A stretch of DNA of 64,000 nucleotides, taken from assembly GCA_965221385.1 (NCBI GenBank), contig OZ244885.1:2786405-2850404 (forward strand), given 5' to 3'. Under the pieces are notes generated by a model. That model did not search any database, was not told where the DNA came from, and saw nothing but the letters and a program-made list of their open reading frames with translations. Position numbers and translations under genes: made by a program. Below, in pieces: positions 9,886 through 19,351 of the stretch (its first letter is position 1; each line of letters begins with the position of its first letter). The DNA comes from Dehalococcoidia bacterium (GTDB lineage: Bacteria > Chloroflexota > Dehalococcoidia > Lucifugimonadales > UBA3495).

Positions 9886-10260
9886 TTGACCAACAACGAT
9901 GCAACCATCGAGGAACTGACCCGGGCTGTGCGACAATTGGAAGAGGGCCAGCGACGGCTTCAGGCTGAAGTGGCCAACCTCCAAAAGCAGGTCCGGCAGC
10001 GGGAGCTGGACACCGCCTACATCTACATCCATTCCAACTGGCTCTGGATCCGGTGGTTCCTGGTTCGAGACCAGGATCGGGCTGGCGACGACGTTGCCCT
10101 CTTCGACCGGGCGAAGGCCTCCGAGACTATTATTCGCGACAATCTGCCCCGGAGCCTTCGCGCCGTGCAATTCGAGCCGGAACCCATGGCGGCAGCCCAC
10201 CGTTGGCGTATCGAGACCACCGTCATCCTCAACCGGCACGGGTACACCTTCTTCGACTGA
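9886..10260 (+). CDS. Hypothetical protein with N-terminal coiled coil
   Basis: Natural-looking composition, heptad-like N-terminus, GGGAG upstream of the TTG start; fills the intergenic gap. Confidence 0.65.
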   Translation: MTNNDATIEELTRAVRQLEEGQRRLQAEVANLQKQVRQRELDTAYIYIHSNWLWIRWFLVRDQDRAGDDVALFDRAKASETIIRDNLPRSLRAVQFEPEPMAAAHRWRIETTVILNRHGYTFFD

Positions 10261-10438
10261 CCCATCTCCCTTCCTCCAATTCGCCTCTTCGGTTAGGGTC
10301 CGTCTGTTGAACCGGATGCCCCGTTTGGCTATCATCTACACCAGAACCAGTTGCCCCCCAGGCCTTCATTGGGCCGGAGAGGGAACCGGGCCGGTGTTTG
10401 GAATTTTGTTGCCTGGAAATTGTTGAAGGAGTTACTAC

Positions 10439-10630
10439 ATGGCGGGGGACAAGCAGACTTTCGAACTGGACCTGAATCCGGACCAGATGGCCTTCGTGAC
10501 GGCGATGAAGGAAAAGTACAGCCTGCCCGACGAAGGCAAGGCCATGCGGGTCATCATGGACTATTTGATCACCAACGCAGAAGTCCACGACACCGTTTTT
10601 GGGCAGGTGCGCTGCCTGCGTTGCGGTTAG
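10439..10630 (+). CDS. Small hypothetical protein (ribbon-helix-helix-like pattern, C-terminal CxxC)
   Basis: AAGGAG RBS; 63 aa ending in RCLRCG. Confidence 0.75.
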   Translation: MAGDKQTFELDLNPDQMAFVTAMKEKYSLPDEGKAMRVIMDYLITNAEVHDTVFGQVRCLRCG

Positions 10631-10842
10631 CTTCTGCGAGGCTATAGTGGGGGTTAAGTGTGGCGGGCAACCGAGGATTGAATGGTGTCGCTTCGGGCGA
10701 GGGCCGAGGTAATCCAACGGTTCGGGCAAGTTAGTTTCCAGGGATGCGAAAATTGTTTGCTCCTTGCCCCTGCCGTTGCGATCGCTCGGCCCCGCTCGAA
10801 TTGGCCATCTTGAATTGATGGAACCTGGGCGCGAGGCCGCCC

Positions 10843-11274
10843 CTACCCGTTTAGTTGCTGCTTCAAGCCTTCCAGGGCCAGGTAGTAGCCGTACACTCCA
10901 AACCCATATACCGAACCCTTGCACACGGGCTGGACGGCGGAGACCGCCCCCCGGGCGGTGGGATTGGAGGCATGAACCTCGATTACCGGATACCGCACCT
11001 GGGCGATGGCGGCCCTGAGTACGCCGTTCAATGAGGTGTACCCGGCGGGATTGATAACCGCCCCATCCACATCTCCATCGTGGCCGGCATATATGGCGTC
11101 CGCCACCTCTCCCTCCACGTTGGAATGGACAAATTCCACGTCCAGTTCCAGCTTTTGGGCGTAGCCCTTGACCTGCTCGTTAATCTCCTCCAGGGTCAGG
11201 GGGCCGAAAATCTCCACCTGAACCTTGCCCCTCATGTTCATGCCCGCGCCCTGAATCACCAGAATCTTGGCCAT
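10843..11274 (-). CDS. aroQ: Type II 3-dehydroquinate dehydratase-like protein with a divergent active site
   Basis: SNVEGE, INPAGYT and IEVHASN fold motifs are present; the catalytic Tyr and other residues are altered (see findings). Confidence 0.8.
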   Translation of the reverse strand: MAKILVIQGAGMNMRGKVQVEIFGPLTLEEINEQVKGYAQKLELDVEFVHSNVEGEVADAIYAGHDGDVDGAVINPAGYTSLNGVLRAAIAQVRYPVIEVHASNPTARGAVSAVQPVCKGSVYGFGVYGYYLALEGLKQQLNG

Positions 11275-11428
11275 TACAAACTCCCCAAATGTGAATTGTC
11301 CGATTGTGGCAACGGGGCCTGAGCCGGTTCCAATGCCACTATCCGAATATACGCCCTCAGCTGTACCCAGGCAAGAAGCGGTTCCCCTCGTATTGGTTCA
11401 CGGCGGGCTGGGCGCGCGGCCAGCTGGG

Positions 11429-12784
11429 TCAGTCTCTTGCCCGCCCGGTCGCCTCCCTGGTCTGGGCCCAGGCCAATGGCGTGAAAATTAGCGATGGGGC
11501 CAGGAGTATCAGTCCTATCAGAGCGTTTACGGTAATTGCCCATGATGTTCCCAGGGCCTCTGCCATGATACCTAGGGCCAGGCCTCCCAGGGGTGTGCCA
11601 ATGCCAATACAGACGCTCATCAACCCCACCATGCGTCCTCGCATTTCGTGGGGGGCGGCCAGCATGGTTATCGTGCTTTGCATGGTGCCGAACCCCGATT
11701 GTCCTATTCCCCCCAACAGAAGCAGGAGGAAGGCCAACGCGTACCAGGGTGACCAGACGAATAGTATGCCCATAACCAGCACGCCCGTCGAACCCGCCAG
11801 GAAGACCATGCCGTGACGTTCCAGGCCACGGGTCAGGGCCATTGCGCCGGCCCCGGCCAGTTGACCAATCCCCTCGGCCGCGACCAGCAATCCCACCAGG
11901 GTAGCTCCCACCCCCAGGTTGTTGGCGCCGATGTCCGGGATGAACTGCTGCAGGGGGAAGGCCAGGGCGTTCATCACAATGGTTACGTAGAGCATTCCCC
12001 ACAGGATGGGAGTGGCCAGGGCGTAGCGAACCCCGTTGCCCAGGCCGCGCCACATGGGTTCCATGGCGCCGCTTCGCTCCCGGTTCGGTATGCGCACACG
12101 GGTCATAACCAGCAGATCCGCCAAGTGCACCAGGAGGATCAGGCTTGCCGCTCCCACGAATCCCCCGGTTTCGACGGATATGCCATCCAACCAGCCTGAG
12201 AAGAGCGGCCCGGAGGTGTCGATCATTATTCCGCCCAGGAGAGGGCCCAGCATCTTTCCGGCGGTATTGCTGATGTTGTCCAGGGACAGAGCGTTTACCA
12301 GCCGGCGCTCCCCCACAATGTCCAGGATGCCCGTCCTCCGGGAGGGGTCTTCCAACGCCTTCGTTGCCCCCTGGATGAAGACGGCCAGGTAAACGTGCCA
12401 TGCTGCGATGCTGTCCGTGGCTATCAGTCCCAGCAGCCCGCCGGCAACCAGGGTGTTGATGAACTGGGAAGCCATCAGGACCCGCCAACGGTTGAACCGG
12501 TCGGCGACCAGCCCGGTGAACATCGAAAGCGCCGGCCTCGGCAGGTTATTGAACACCAGTACCAGGCCGAGCTGAAAGGGAGATTGGGTTGCTTGAAGTA
12601 TCAGCCAGCTCAGGACCAGCAGTTCCATCCGGCGTGACAGTTCCCGCAGCGACCCCACGTACCAGAGGGCGCGAAAGTCCCGGTTCTGCAGTACCGAAAG
12701 GGCAGGTGAATCCCGGCCCGGAGCCAGCCTTACCACGCCGTCATCTCTACCAAGTTGTCCTCTCCTGGGGGTGGATGCAGCCAA
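11429..12784 (-). CDS. MFS transporter (MFS_3 / EntS-like)
   Basis: About 12 hydrophobic segments, motif A GLVADRFNRWR, MRGRM. Start uncertain. Confidence 0.85.
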   Translation of the reverse strand: MAASTPRRGQLGRDDGVVRLAPGRDSPALSVLQNRDFRALWYVGSLRELSRRMELLVLSWLILQATQSPFQLGLVLVFNNLPRPALSMFTGLVADRFNRWRVLMASQFINTLVAGGLLGLIATDSIAAWHVYLAVFIQGATKALEDPSRRTGILDIVGERRLVNALSLDNISNTAGKMLGPLLGGIMIDTSGPLFSGWLDGISVETGGFVGAASLILLVHLADLLVMTRVRIPNRERSGAMEPMWRGLGNGVRYALATPILWGMLYVTIVMNALAFPLQQFIPDIGANNLGVGATLVGLLVAAEGIGQLAGAGAMALTRGLERHGMVFLAGSTGVLVMGILFVWSPWYALAFLLLLLGGIGQSGFGTMQSTITMLAAPHEMRGRMVGLMSVCIGIGTPLGGLALGIMAEALGTSWAITVNALIGLILLAPSLIFTPLAWAQTREATGRARD

Positions 12785-13222
12785 CTATACCCTGTTGGGC
12801 GATGCAACCCCAACTTCAGGCGGCACAGGTTGTCGTCACATTCTCTCCCGACCAGGCAAATATTCCCTCGAATCGCAACCCTGGCGTCTTTGGGGCCAAT
12901 ACCGCCAATCTTGCCATTTGGATCTGCCTGGTGGTGCAGCAACCGATTTGGGAGCCAAAGCAGTGGGCAAAGGCCCCGTTGCAGGCTTGCTTCACGAGAA
13001 TTGCGACTTTCGTAATAATGTGGCAAAAGCGTTAAATATTACGACATTTTCTTGCTTATTGCCCTACTTTGGTTGCAATTTGGCGATTTGGCGGTATATA
13101 TTGTCCCAAAAGGCAGGAGTCAAACCCTGTCGGTCAAGCGATGTCCCCATTCCGGGTGTAATGGTAGTTGGATTCGGTAGGCTTGGTCTCTTGCCATGAC
13201 GTTCCCTTAAGGAGGAGATTCG

Positions 13223-13528
13223 GTGGCACTTTCGGACAAGACGCTGGTTTGCGTAGATTGCGGTTCTGAGTTCATATTCACGGTGGGAGAGCAGGAGTTC
13301 TTCAACTCCCGTGGATTCGTTAACGACCCCAAACGGTGCCAGTCCTGCCGGTCTGCGCGCCGTACCGACCAGCGGGGCGGCTTTTCGGCCGGTCCCCGTG
13401 AGATGTTCCAAATTGAATGCGCTGAATGCGGGACTGAAGCCACGGTGCCCTTCCGGCCCCGGGGCGACCGGCCCGTGTACTGCAGCGATTGCTTTAGCAG
13501 GAACCGGAATACCATGTCCCAGTTCTAG
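13223..13528 (+). CDS. Zinc-ribbon protein (zinc-binding domain plus CxxC-x17-CxxC domain)
   Basis: DKTLVCVDCG..F.FT.GEQEFF, PKRCQSCR and CAECG...VPFRP...RPVYCSDCF; AAGGAGG RBS. Confidence 0.92.
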   Translation: MALSDKTLVCVDCGSEFIFTVGEQEFFNSRGFVNDPKRCQSCRSARRTDQRGGFSAGPREMFQIECAECGTEATVPFRPRGDRPVYCSDCFSRNRNTMSQF

Positions 13529-13548
13529 GACGTAATTCAGGACGGCGG

Positions 13549-13577
13549 AAGGGGTGGGCAACGGCCCGCCCCTTTTT
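13549..13577 (+). terminator. Intrinsic terminator
   Basis: GGGGTGGGC-AACG-GCCCGCCCC followed by a T run. Confidence 0.8.
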
Positions 13578-14074
13578 CAACCCCGAAACTAAAGCCGGGC
13601 CTTGCCCCAGCAACCCCACTTTGCTCTAGTGTTCGAGGCGGTTCAGCGACTGACATTGGCGGTCATTGAGTGCCGGGATCGAAATTGATGCCGGCCTCGG
13701 GCTACTCCGGTGGGCCGCTGGCTGCGCCCGGTTGCCCCGATCAACGGTGCCATAATTGGGTGGCATTATCCGGACCTCCGGCGTAGCGGGGATTAGATAT
13801 ACGTCGCCACCTGTTTTTCCCAGACATGACGGAGTTCCGAGCCCCCACTCTGTACTATGTTGATGGGACGCCCGCTCCGCCCCAACCCCCACCTCTTCAG
13901 GCCACTGCCCCGTTGCGGCTCCCAATGACTGCAGCGTTGGAGTTGCCCCGTTGGTCTCCCACCTATAGAATTTCTACTAAACGGTGCGACTTGGCCGGGG
14001 CCGGAAAAGCCGAAACCGGGCCTGCAGCGCCGGCCACCCTTTGACTCAACCCCAATGCCAAGTAAGGACATCCG

Positions 14075-15532
14075 ATGAACTACCGGGACCTGCGGGACTT
14101 CATAGCCTTCCTGGAGCAGCGCGGACAGTTGCACCGCATAACCGTGCCGGTGGACTGCGAACTGGAGATGACGGAAATAGCCCACCGTATGGTGAGGGCC
14201 GACGGGCCGGCGCTGCTGTTCGAGAATGTGGTTGGCTACGATATGCCCGTGCTGATGAATATCTTCTGCTCTGACCGGCGCATGGCCTGGGCCCTGGGCG
14301 TGGAGCGGGTGGACGACCTGGTTGCCAGGCTGGAGTCCATGCTGCAACTCACCCAGGGCGCCCCAGAAGGGCTGATGAACAAGGTACGAACCCTGGGGCA
14401 GCTGGTCAAGATGGGTCGGTTCCAGCCCCGGACCGTCAGCCGCGCCCCATGCCAGGAGGTGGTCCTCCAGGGTTCCGAGGTTGACCTTTTCAAGTTTCCC
14501 ATCCTGAAGTGTTGGCCTATGGATGGGGGCAGGTACATTACCCTTCCCCTGGTGATTACGCGGAACCCGGAAACCGGCGGCCAGAACTACGGCATGTACC
14601 GCATGCAGGTGTATGACAAGTGCACCACGGGTATGCACTGGCAGACCCACAAGGTGGGCGCCCACCACTTCAGGGTAAGCCAGGAGCGGGAGGACGACCG
14701 GCTGGAGGTAGCGGTTGCCATCGGCGCCGACCCGACCACCATCTGGACCGGGTCAGCTCCCCTGCCGCCGGACATGGATGAGATGGCTCTGGCGGGGTTC
14801 ATTAGGGAGGAGGGGGTGGACCTGGTAAGGGCCAAGTCCGTTGACTTGCTGGTGCCCGCCCAGGCGGAGATAGTGCTGGAAGGGTACGTCCTGACCGACG
14901 AACTCCGGCTGGAAGGTCCCTTCGGCGATCATACCGGCTACTACTCCATGCCGGAGGAGTACCCGGTCTTCCACGTCACCACCATCACCCACCGGCGCAA
15001 TCCCATCTACCCGGCCACCGTGGTGGGCCGTCCGCCCATGGAAGATTACTGGATGGGCAAGGTAACCGAGCGTTTCTTCATGCCCATCATCAGGGTGATT
15101 CTACCGGAAATTGTGGACATGAACATGCCGGCCGAAGGTATCTTCCACAACTTGGCCCTGGTATCCATCAAGAAGGAGTACCCGGGCCAGGCCCGCAAGG
15201 TCATGTATGGCCTTTGGGGCCTGGGCCTGATGAACCTGACCAAGGCCATCATCGTGGTGGACGACTTCGTGGACGTGCAGAATCCTTCAGAGGTGGCCTG
15301 GCGGGTGGCCAACAACATCGACCCCAGCAGGGATATTGTGGTGGTGGAGGGTCCGCTGGACGACCTGGAAGTTGGTTCGCCAACCCCCAGGTTTGGCGGC
15401 AAGGTGGGCATAGACGCCACCCGCAAGGGGCCAATGGAAGGTTACACCCGCGGCTGGCCGCCGGACATCGAAATGTCGCCGGACATTCGAGACCTGGTTG
15501 ATAGCAAGTGGAAGGAATACGGTTTCGTTTAG
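14075..15532 (+). CDS. ubiD: UbiD-family decarboxylase (menaquinone futalosine pathway, MqnL-like)
   Basis: GPALLFEN, DGGRYIT, EGPFGDHTGYY and GIDAT; clustered with ubiA-, ubiX- and menG-like genes. Confidence 0.9.
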   Translation: MNYRDLRDFIAFLEQRGQLHRITVPVDCELEMTEIAHRMVRADGPALLFENVVGYDMPVLMNIFCSDRRMAWALGVERVDDLVARLESMLQLTQGAPEGLMNKVRTLGQLVKMGRFQPRTVSRAPCQEVVLQGSEVDLFKFPILKCWPMDGGRYITLPLVITRNPETGGQNYGMYRMQVYDKCTTGMHWQTHKVGAHHFRVSQEREDDRLEVAVAIGADPTTIWTGSAPLPPDMDEMALAGFIREEGVDLVRAKSVDLLVPAQAEIVLEGYVLTDELRLEGPFGDHTGYYSMPEEYPVFHVTTITHRRNPIYPATVVGRPPMEDYWMGKVTERFFMPIIRVILPEIVDMNMPAEGIFHNLALVSIKKEYPGQARKVMYGLWGLGLMNLTKAIIVVDDFVDVQNPSEVAWRVANNIDPSRDIVVVEGPLDDLEVGSPTPRFGGKVGIDATRKGPMEGYTRGWPPDIEMSPDIRDLVDSKWKEYGFV

Positions 15533-15621
15533 GTGGCGCCCACCCCCATGCCGTCCCCCTGGCGCTAGCGGCTAGTCCCGTCCCCCACCAATGCCCTTCC
15601 TGTTATAATTTGATGGTCATC

Positions 15622-16527
15622 ATGCAGGGGACGGGAATCAACCGCAGCGCTTCATCGGCCCTGATGGGCAGAATTTCCCATTACTTCAGTTCCATTCGTA
15701 TTTGGGAATCTCTCTTTGCCCTGCCCTTTGCCTACATTGGAATGTTCCTCGCATCCCAGTGGCTGAATGGCTCCCCGTGGCCGGGGTGGTCGGCATTTGT
15801 GTGGATCAACGTGGCCATGTTTGGGGCGCGAACCCTCGGCATGTCCGCAAATCGTCTGGCCCACGCCAGCGAAGACGCGGCCAACCCGCGCACAAAAGAC
15901 CGGCACCTCCCCGGAGGATTGCTCAAGGCTTGGGAAGTCCTGATTATGGCGGCCCTGGGGCTGGCGATCCTGATGGTTGCATCCTTCCAACTGAATCCCC
16001 TGACGACGCTGCTTGCTCCCGTGGCCGCGGCCTATGTGGTCTTCTACTCCTACGCCAAGTACTTCACCTGGCTGTGCAATTTCTGCCTGGGATGGGCCTT
16101 GGCCATCGCACCCACTGCCGCCTGGATAGGGGTGACCGGTCAATTGTCCTACGAACCGGTCCTCATCAGCTTTGCCGTAGCCATGTGGGCGGGCGGCTTC
16201 GACCTCATTTATGCCTGCACCGATTACGATTTCGACCGCCAGTTCGGTATAAACTCTGTACCCAGCCGGATAGGCATTGCCGAGACTCTGTGGTTGGCCC
16301 GCTGCATGCATTTCATGGCGGCCGCAGCCCTCCTCGGCCTGGGAATCCTGCTGGAACTCAGCTGGCCCTTCTACGTGGGGTGGGGAATTGCGGCGCTGCT
16401 CCTCATTTATGAGAATGCCCAGGTGAGGCCCGACGACCTTTCCCGTATTGGCGCGGTGTTCTTCCGGGTCAACGGCTATATGTCCGTGCAATTGATGGCC
16501 TTCACTTTGCTGGCCCTGGTGATTTAA
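15622..16527 (+). CDS. ubiA: UbiA-family polyprenyltransferase (MqnP-like)
   Basis: LFALPFA, DAANPRTKDRHLP, YSYAK and GFDLIYA; multi-TM. TGTTATAAT at 15601 suggests an internal promoter. Confidence 0.88.
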   Translation: MQGTGINRSASSALMGRISHYFSSIRIWESLFALPFAYIGMFLASQWLNGSPWPGWSAFVWINVAMFGARTLGMSANRLAHASEDAANPRTKDRHLPGGLLKAWEVLIMAALGLAILMVASFQLNPLTTLLAPVAAAYVVFYSYAKYFTWLCNFCLGWALAIAPTAAWIGVTGQLSYEPVLISFAVAMWAGGFDLIYACTDYDFDRQFGINSVPSRIGIAETLWLARCMHFMAAAALLGLGILLELSWPFYVGWGIAALLLIYENAQVRPDDLSRIGAVFFRVNGYMSVQLMAFTLLALVI

Positions 16528-16528
16528 C

Positions 16529-17164
16529 TTGACCTCGCAGGGGGATACGTTGGCAACCTTGCCCCGTCCAATCAAACCCGTCATCGTGGGAATTTCAGGC
16601 GCCAGCGGTTCTATTCTGGCCCGCGCCACGGTTGACGAACTCCTCGCGCGGGATGTGCCGACCATCCTGGTATGCACCAACGCCGCCCGGCTGGTTTGGC
16701 AGGAGGAAATGGACCGAACCTTTCAGGAAACCCTGTCGGAATGGCAGGAGCACCCCGGTTTCACCCATTACGCGCTTGGAGATATGCGCGCCTCCATCGC
16801 CAGCGGCACCTTTGCCACTGCCGGCATGGTTGTGGTTCCTTGCAGTATGAACAGCATTGCCGCCATCAACAGCGGCCTGGCCAACAACCTCCTGCTGCGA
16901 GCTGCCGATGTCTGCCTGAAGGAACGCCGGAAGCTGGTGCTGGTACCCCGGGAAACTCCCCTCCACACCACTCACCTGGAGAACATGCTCTCCCTGACCC
17001 GGAATGGGGCACTGATACTGCCTCCTGAACCAGCCTTCTACCTGAAGCCCCAGGGAGTGGATGACATCGCCCGGTTTGTGGCGCAACGGGTTCTGGTGGC
17101 CCTGGACGTGCTGGAAGAACTGCCCCCAGAGTCGCAGTACCAGGAGGCCAACCTGCCCGAATGA
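16529..17164 (+). CDS. ubiX: Flavin prenyltransferase UbiX
   Basis: GISGASG, ASIASG, PCSM and RAADVCLKERRKLVLVPRETP. Confidence 0.93.
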   Translation: MTSQGDTLATLPRPIKPVIVGISGASGSILARATVDELLARDVPTILVCTNAARLVWQEEMDRTFQETLSEWQEHPGFTHYALGDMRASIASGTFATAGMVVVPCSMNSIAAINSGLANNLLLRAADVCLKERRKLVLVPRETPLHTTHLENMLSLTRNGALILPPEPAFYLKPQGVDDIARFVAQRVLVALDVLEELPPESQYQEANLPE

Positions 17165-17198
17165 TGGGATCTAGACGGAAGGGAACGCAGGCAGGGCC

Positions 17199-17924
17199 AT
17201 GGCCAATCTGAGCGGGGATGCCAAGCAGACCTACGTTGCCGACCTGTTCGCCCGAATTGCCGGTCGCTACGACTTGATGAACTCCCTAATGACCGGCGGC
17301 ATGCATCATCACTGGAAGGGAGTGACCGCCAGGCTGACTGCTGACGGACTGGCCGGCCCAGCCCTGGACGTGGCCACCGGGATCGGCGACCTGGCCCTCG
17401 CCCTGGCCCAGCAGCCGGGTATTGCTCCCTCGGTGGGCCTGGACCTGCTGCCCGAAATGATTGCCCTGGCCAACGCCAAGGCCGCCGGGCGGGGGAGGGC
17501 GCCGGGAACCCAGTCCGCCAGCTTCCTGCTGGGCGATGCCGTATGCCTCCCCTTCCCCGACAATTCCTTCGCCTGCGTCACTGCCGGGTTCAGTTTACGC
17601 AATATGCCCGACCTTCCCAGGGCCATAAACGAAATGGCTCGCGTCGTCCGGCCGGGAGGACGGGTTACCACCCTGGAGTTGACGCCCATGGAGCCGGGCA
17701 TGAGGACGGTCCCGTTCCGCTTTTATTTTCACCGAATCGTTCCCCTGGTAGGGCAACTGGTGGCCGGAGACCGGACGGCTTACACCTACTTGCCCCAATC
17801 GGTGGACTACTTCCTGCAGGCCGACCGCCTGGCTGCGCTCTTCGAGGAAGCCGGCCTGCACAATGTGGGTTACCGAAAACTGGGCTTTGGCGCCGTTGCC
17901 ATTCATTTTGGAACCAAACCCTGA
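17199..17924 (+). CDS. menG: Demethylmenaquinone methyltransferase UbiE/MenG
   Basis: FARIAGRYDLMN, LDVATGIGD, FSLRN and AYTYLPQS. Confidence 0.88.
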   Translation: MANLSGDAKQTYVADLFARIAGRYDLMNSLMTGGMHHHWKGVTARLTADGLAGPALDVATGIGDLALALAQQPGIAPSVGLDLLPEMIALANAKAAGRGRAPGTQSASFLLGDAVCLPFPDNSFACVTAGFSLRNMPDLPRAINEMARVVRPGGRVTTLELTPMEPGMRTVPFRFYFHRIVPLVGQLVAGDRTAYTYLPQSVDYFLQADRLAALFEEAGLHNVGYRKLGFGAVAIHFGTKP

Positions 17925-18251
17925 CCCATGCCGGGCCGTTGGCAGGGGATTGGCAGTCCAACGGCGCAGGCTCCAGCAGGGCTTAATCTGCCCTAGTGAA
18001 CCTGTACTACTTTAGGGCGGGCATGCAGGCTATCTGGGAAAGGGTATGGAACGGGGAGCGGGCGAGGGCATTCAGACGAGTAGAGTCAGCATTTGAACCT
18101 GGGTGCGAGGACCGGGTTTGGTGGCCCATCATCAATTCTGCATTGTTGCCGTGAAAATAGCCTTGTTGCATTGCGTTAACTGGTATAGACTAACGTATAA
18201 GGATTAATCTCACTTTACAATCTTTCCTACCATTTTTTATTGAGAAGTGCG

Positions 18252-19334
18252 ATGGTTTCCATATTTGACAAATTAGACGCCATCCTGAAGCGGAACCAGG
18301 AAATTGAGGAAGCCATGGGTCGGCCCGAAGTGGCGGCCGACTTCGACCAGATCCAGGTGCTCGCCAAGGAAAGGGCCGGCCTGGAAGACCTGGTCGAAAT
18401 AGCCCACCGCCATCAGGCGTTGCTTGGCGAGCAGGCCGACCTGCGGGCCCTGGTAACCGAGGGTGGCGACCCGGAAATCGTGCAAATGGCCCGGGAAGAA
18501 CTGGATACGGTGGAGGAGAGCCTGGAAGCCCTGGCCCAGGAGCTGAAAATTGCCCTGTTGCCCAAGGACCCCAACGATGAGCGGGACGTAATCGTCGAGA
18601 TTAGGGCCGGCGCCGGCGGTCAGGAGGCCGGCCTTTTCGCCGGTGACCTGGCCCGCCTCTATACTCGCTATGCCCAGTTGCAGCACTGGAAGGTTGATGT
18701 AATGGACTCCAACCCTTCCGACCTGGGTGGGTACAACAAGATAGTGTTGGAGATTCAGGGGCGCGGTGCTTTCAGCCGCCTCAAGTATGAACGGGGCGTT
18801 CATCGGGTGCAGCGGGTGCCGGAAACCGAGGCTCAGGGTCGGATTCACACCTCCACTGCCACGGTGGCCGTCCTGCCCCAGGCCGACGAGGTGGAGATTC
18901 GGGTGAACCAGGATGACCTGCGGATCGACATTTTCCACGCCGGCGGCCACGGCGGACAGAACGTCAACAAGGTGGCCACGGCGGTTCGTATCGTCCACGA
19001 ACCCACCGGCTTGGTGGTTGTCTGTCAGGACGAACGGTCGCAGCACAAGAACAAGCAGAAGGCCATGGCCATGCTCCGCGCCCGCCTGTTCGAGGCGGAG
19101 CAGGAGCGGCATGACGCCGAAATCTCCCAGAACCGCCGCTCCCAGGTGGGCAATGCGGAAAGGTCGGAGAAGATTCGCACCTACAACTACCCTCAGGACC
19201 GGATTACCGACCACCGCATTTCCAGCAGCTTCCACGGAATCCCCCACATAATGGATGGACAGGGGCTGGGCGACATAATCAACGAACTGGTTTCCTGGGA
19301 GCAGGGCCTCCTACTGGAAGAGGTGACGGCCTAG
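18252..19334 (+). CDS. prfA: Peptide chain release factor 1
   Basis: PET motif (RVPETE), GGQ motif, GRIHTS; upstream of prmC. Confidence 0.96.
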   Translation: MVSIFDKLDAILKRNQEIEEAMGRPEVAADFDQIQVLAKERAGLEDLVEIAHRHQALLGEQADLRALVTEGGDPEIVQMAREELDTVEESLEALAQELKIALLPKDPNDERDVIVEIRAGAGGQEAGLFAGDLARLYTRYAQLQHWKVDVMDSNPSDLGGYNKIVLEIQGRGAFSRLKYERGVHRVQRVPETEAQGRIHTSTATVAVLPQADEVEIRVNQDDLRIDIFHAGGHGGQNVNKVATAVRIVHEPTGLVVVCQDERSQHKNKQKAMAMLRARLFEAEQERHDAEISQNRRSQVGNAERSEKIRTYNYPQDRITDHRISSSFHGIPHIMDGQGLGDIINELVSWEQGLLLEEVTA

Positions 19335-19351
19335 GGCCGTCCTGACCCGCC

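Noticed and set aside
13720..13760. SAM-I-like fragments (GGCAACC, GGTGCC)
   Set aside because: The fragments lie on opposite strands and the rest of the aptamer is missing.
13626..13766. 46-aa minus-strand ORF with GGAGG RBS (MPPNYG...)
   Set aside because: No recognisable motif and no clear coding signal; cannot be supported without homologs.
13894..13900. Hammerhead-like CTGAAGA on the minus strand
   Set aside because: No correctly placed stem II, GAAA or cleavage triplet.
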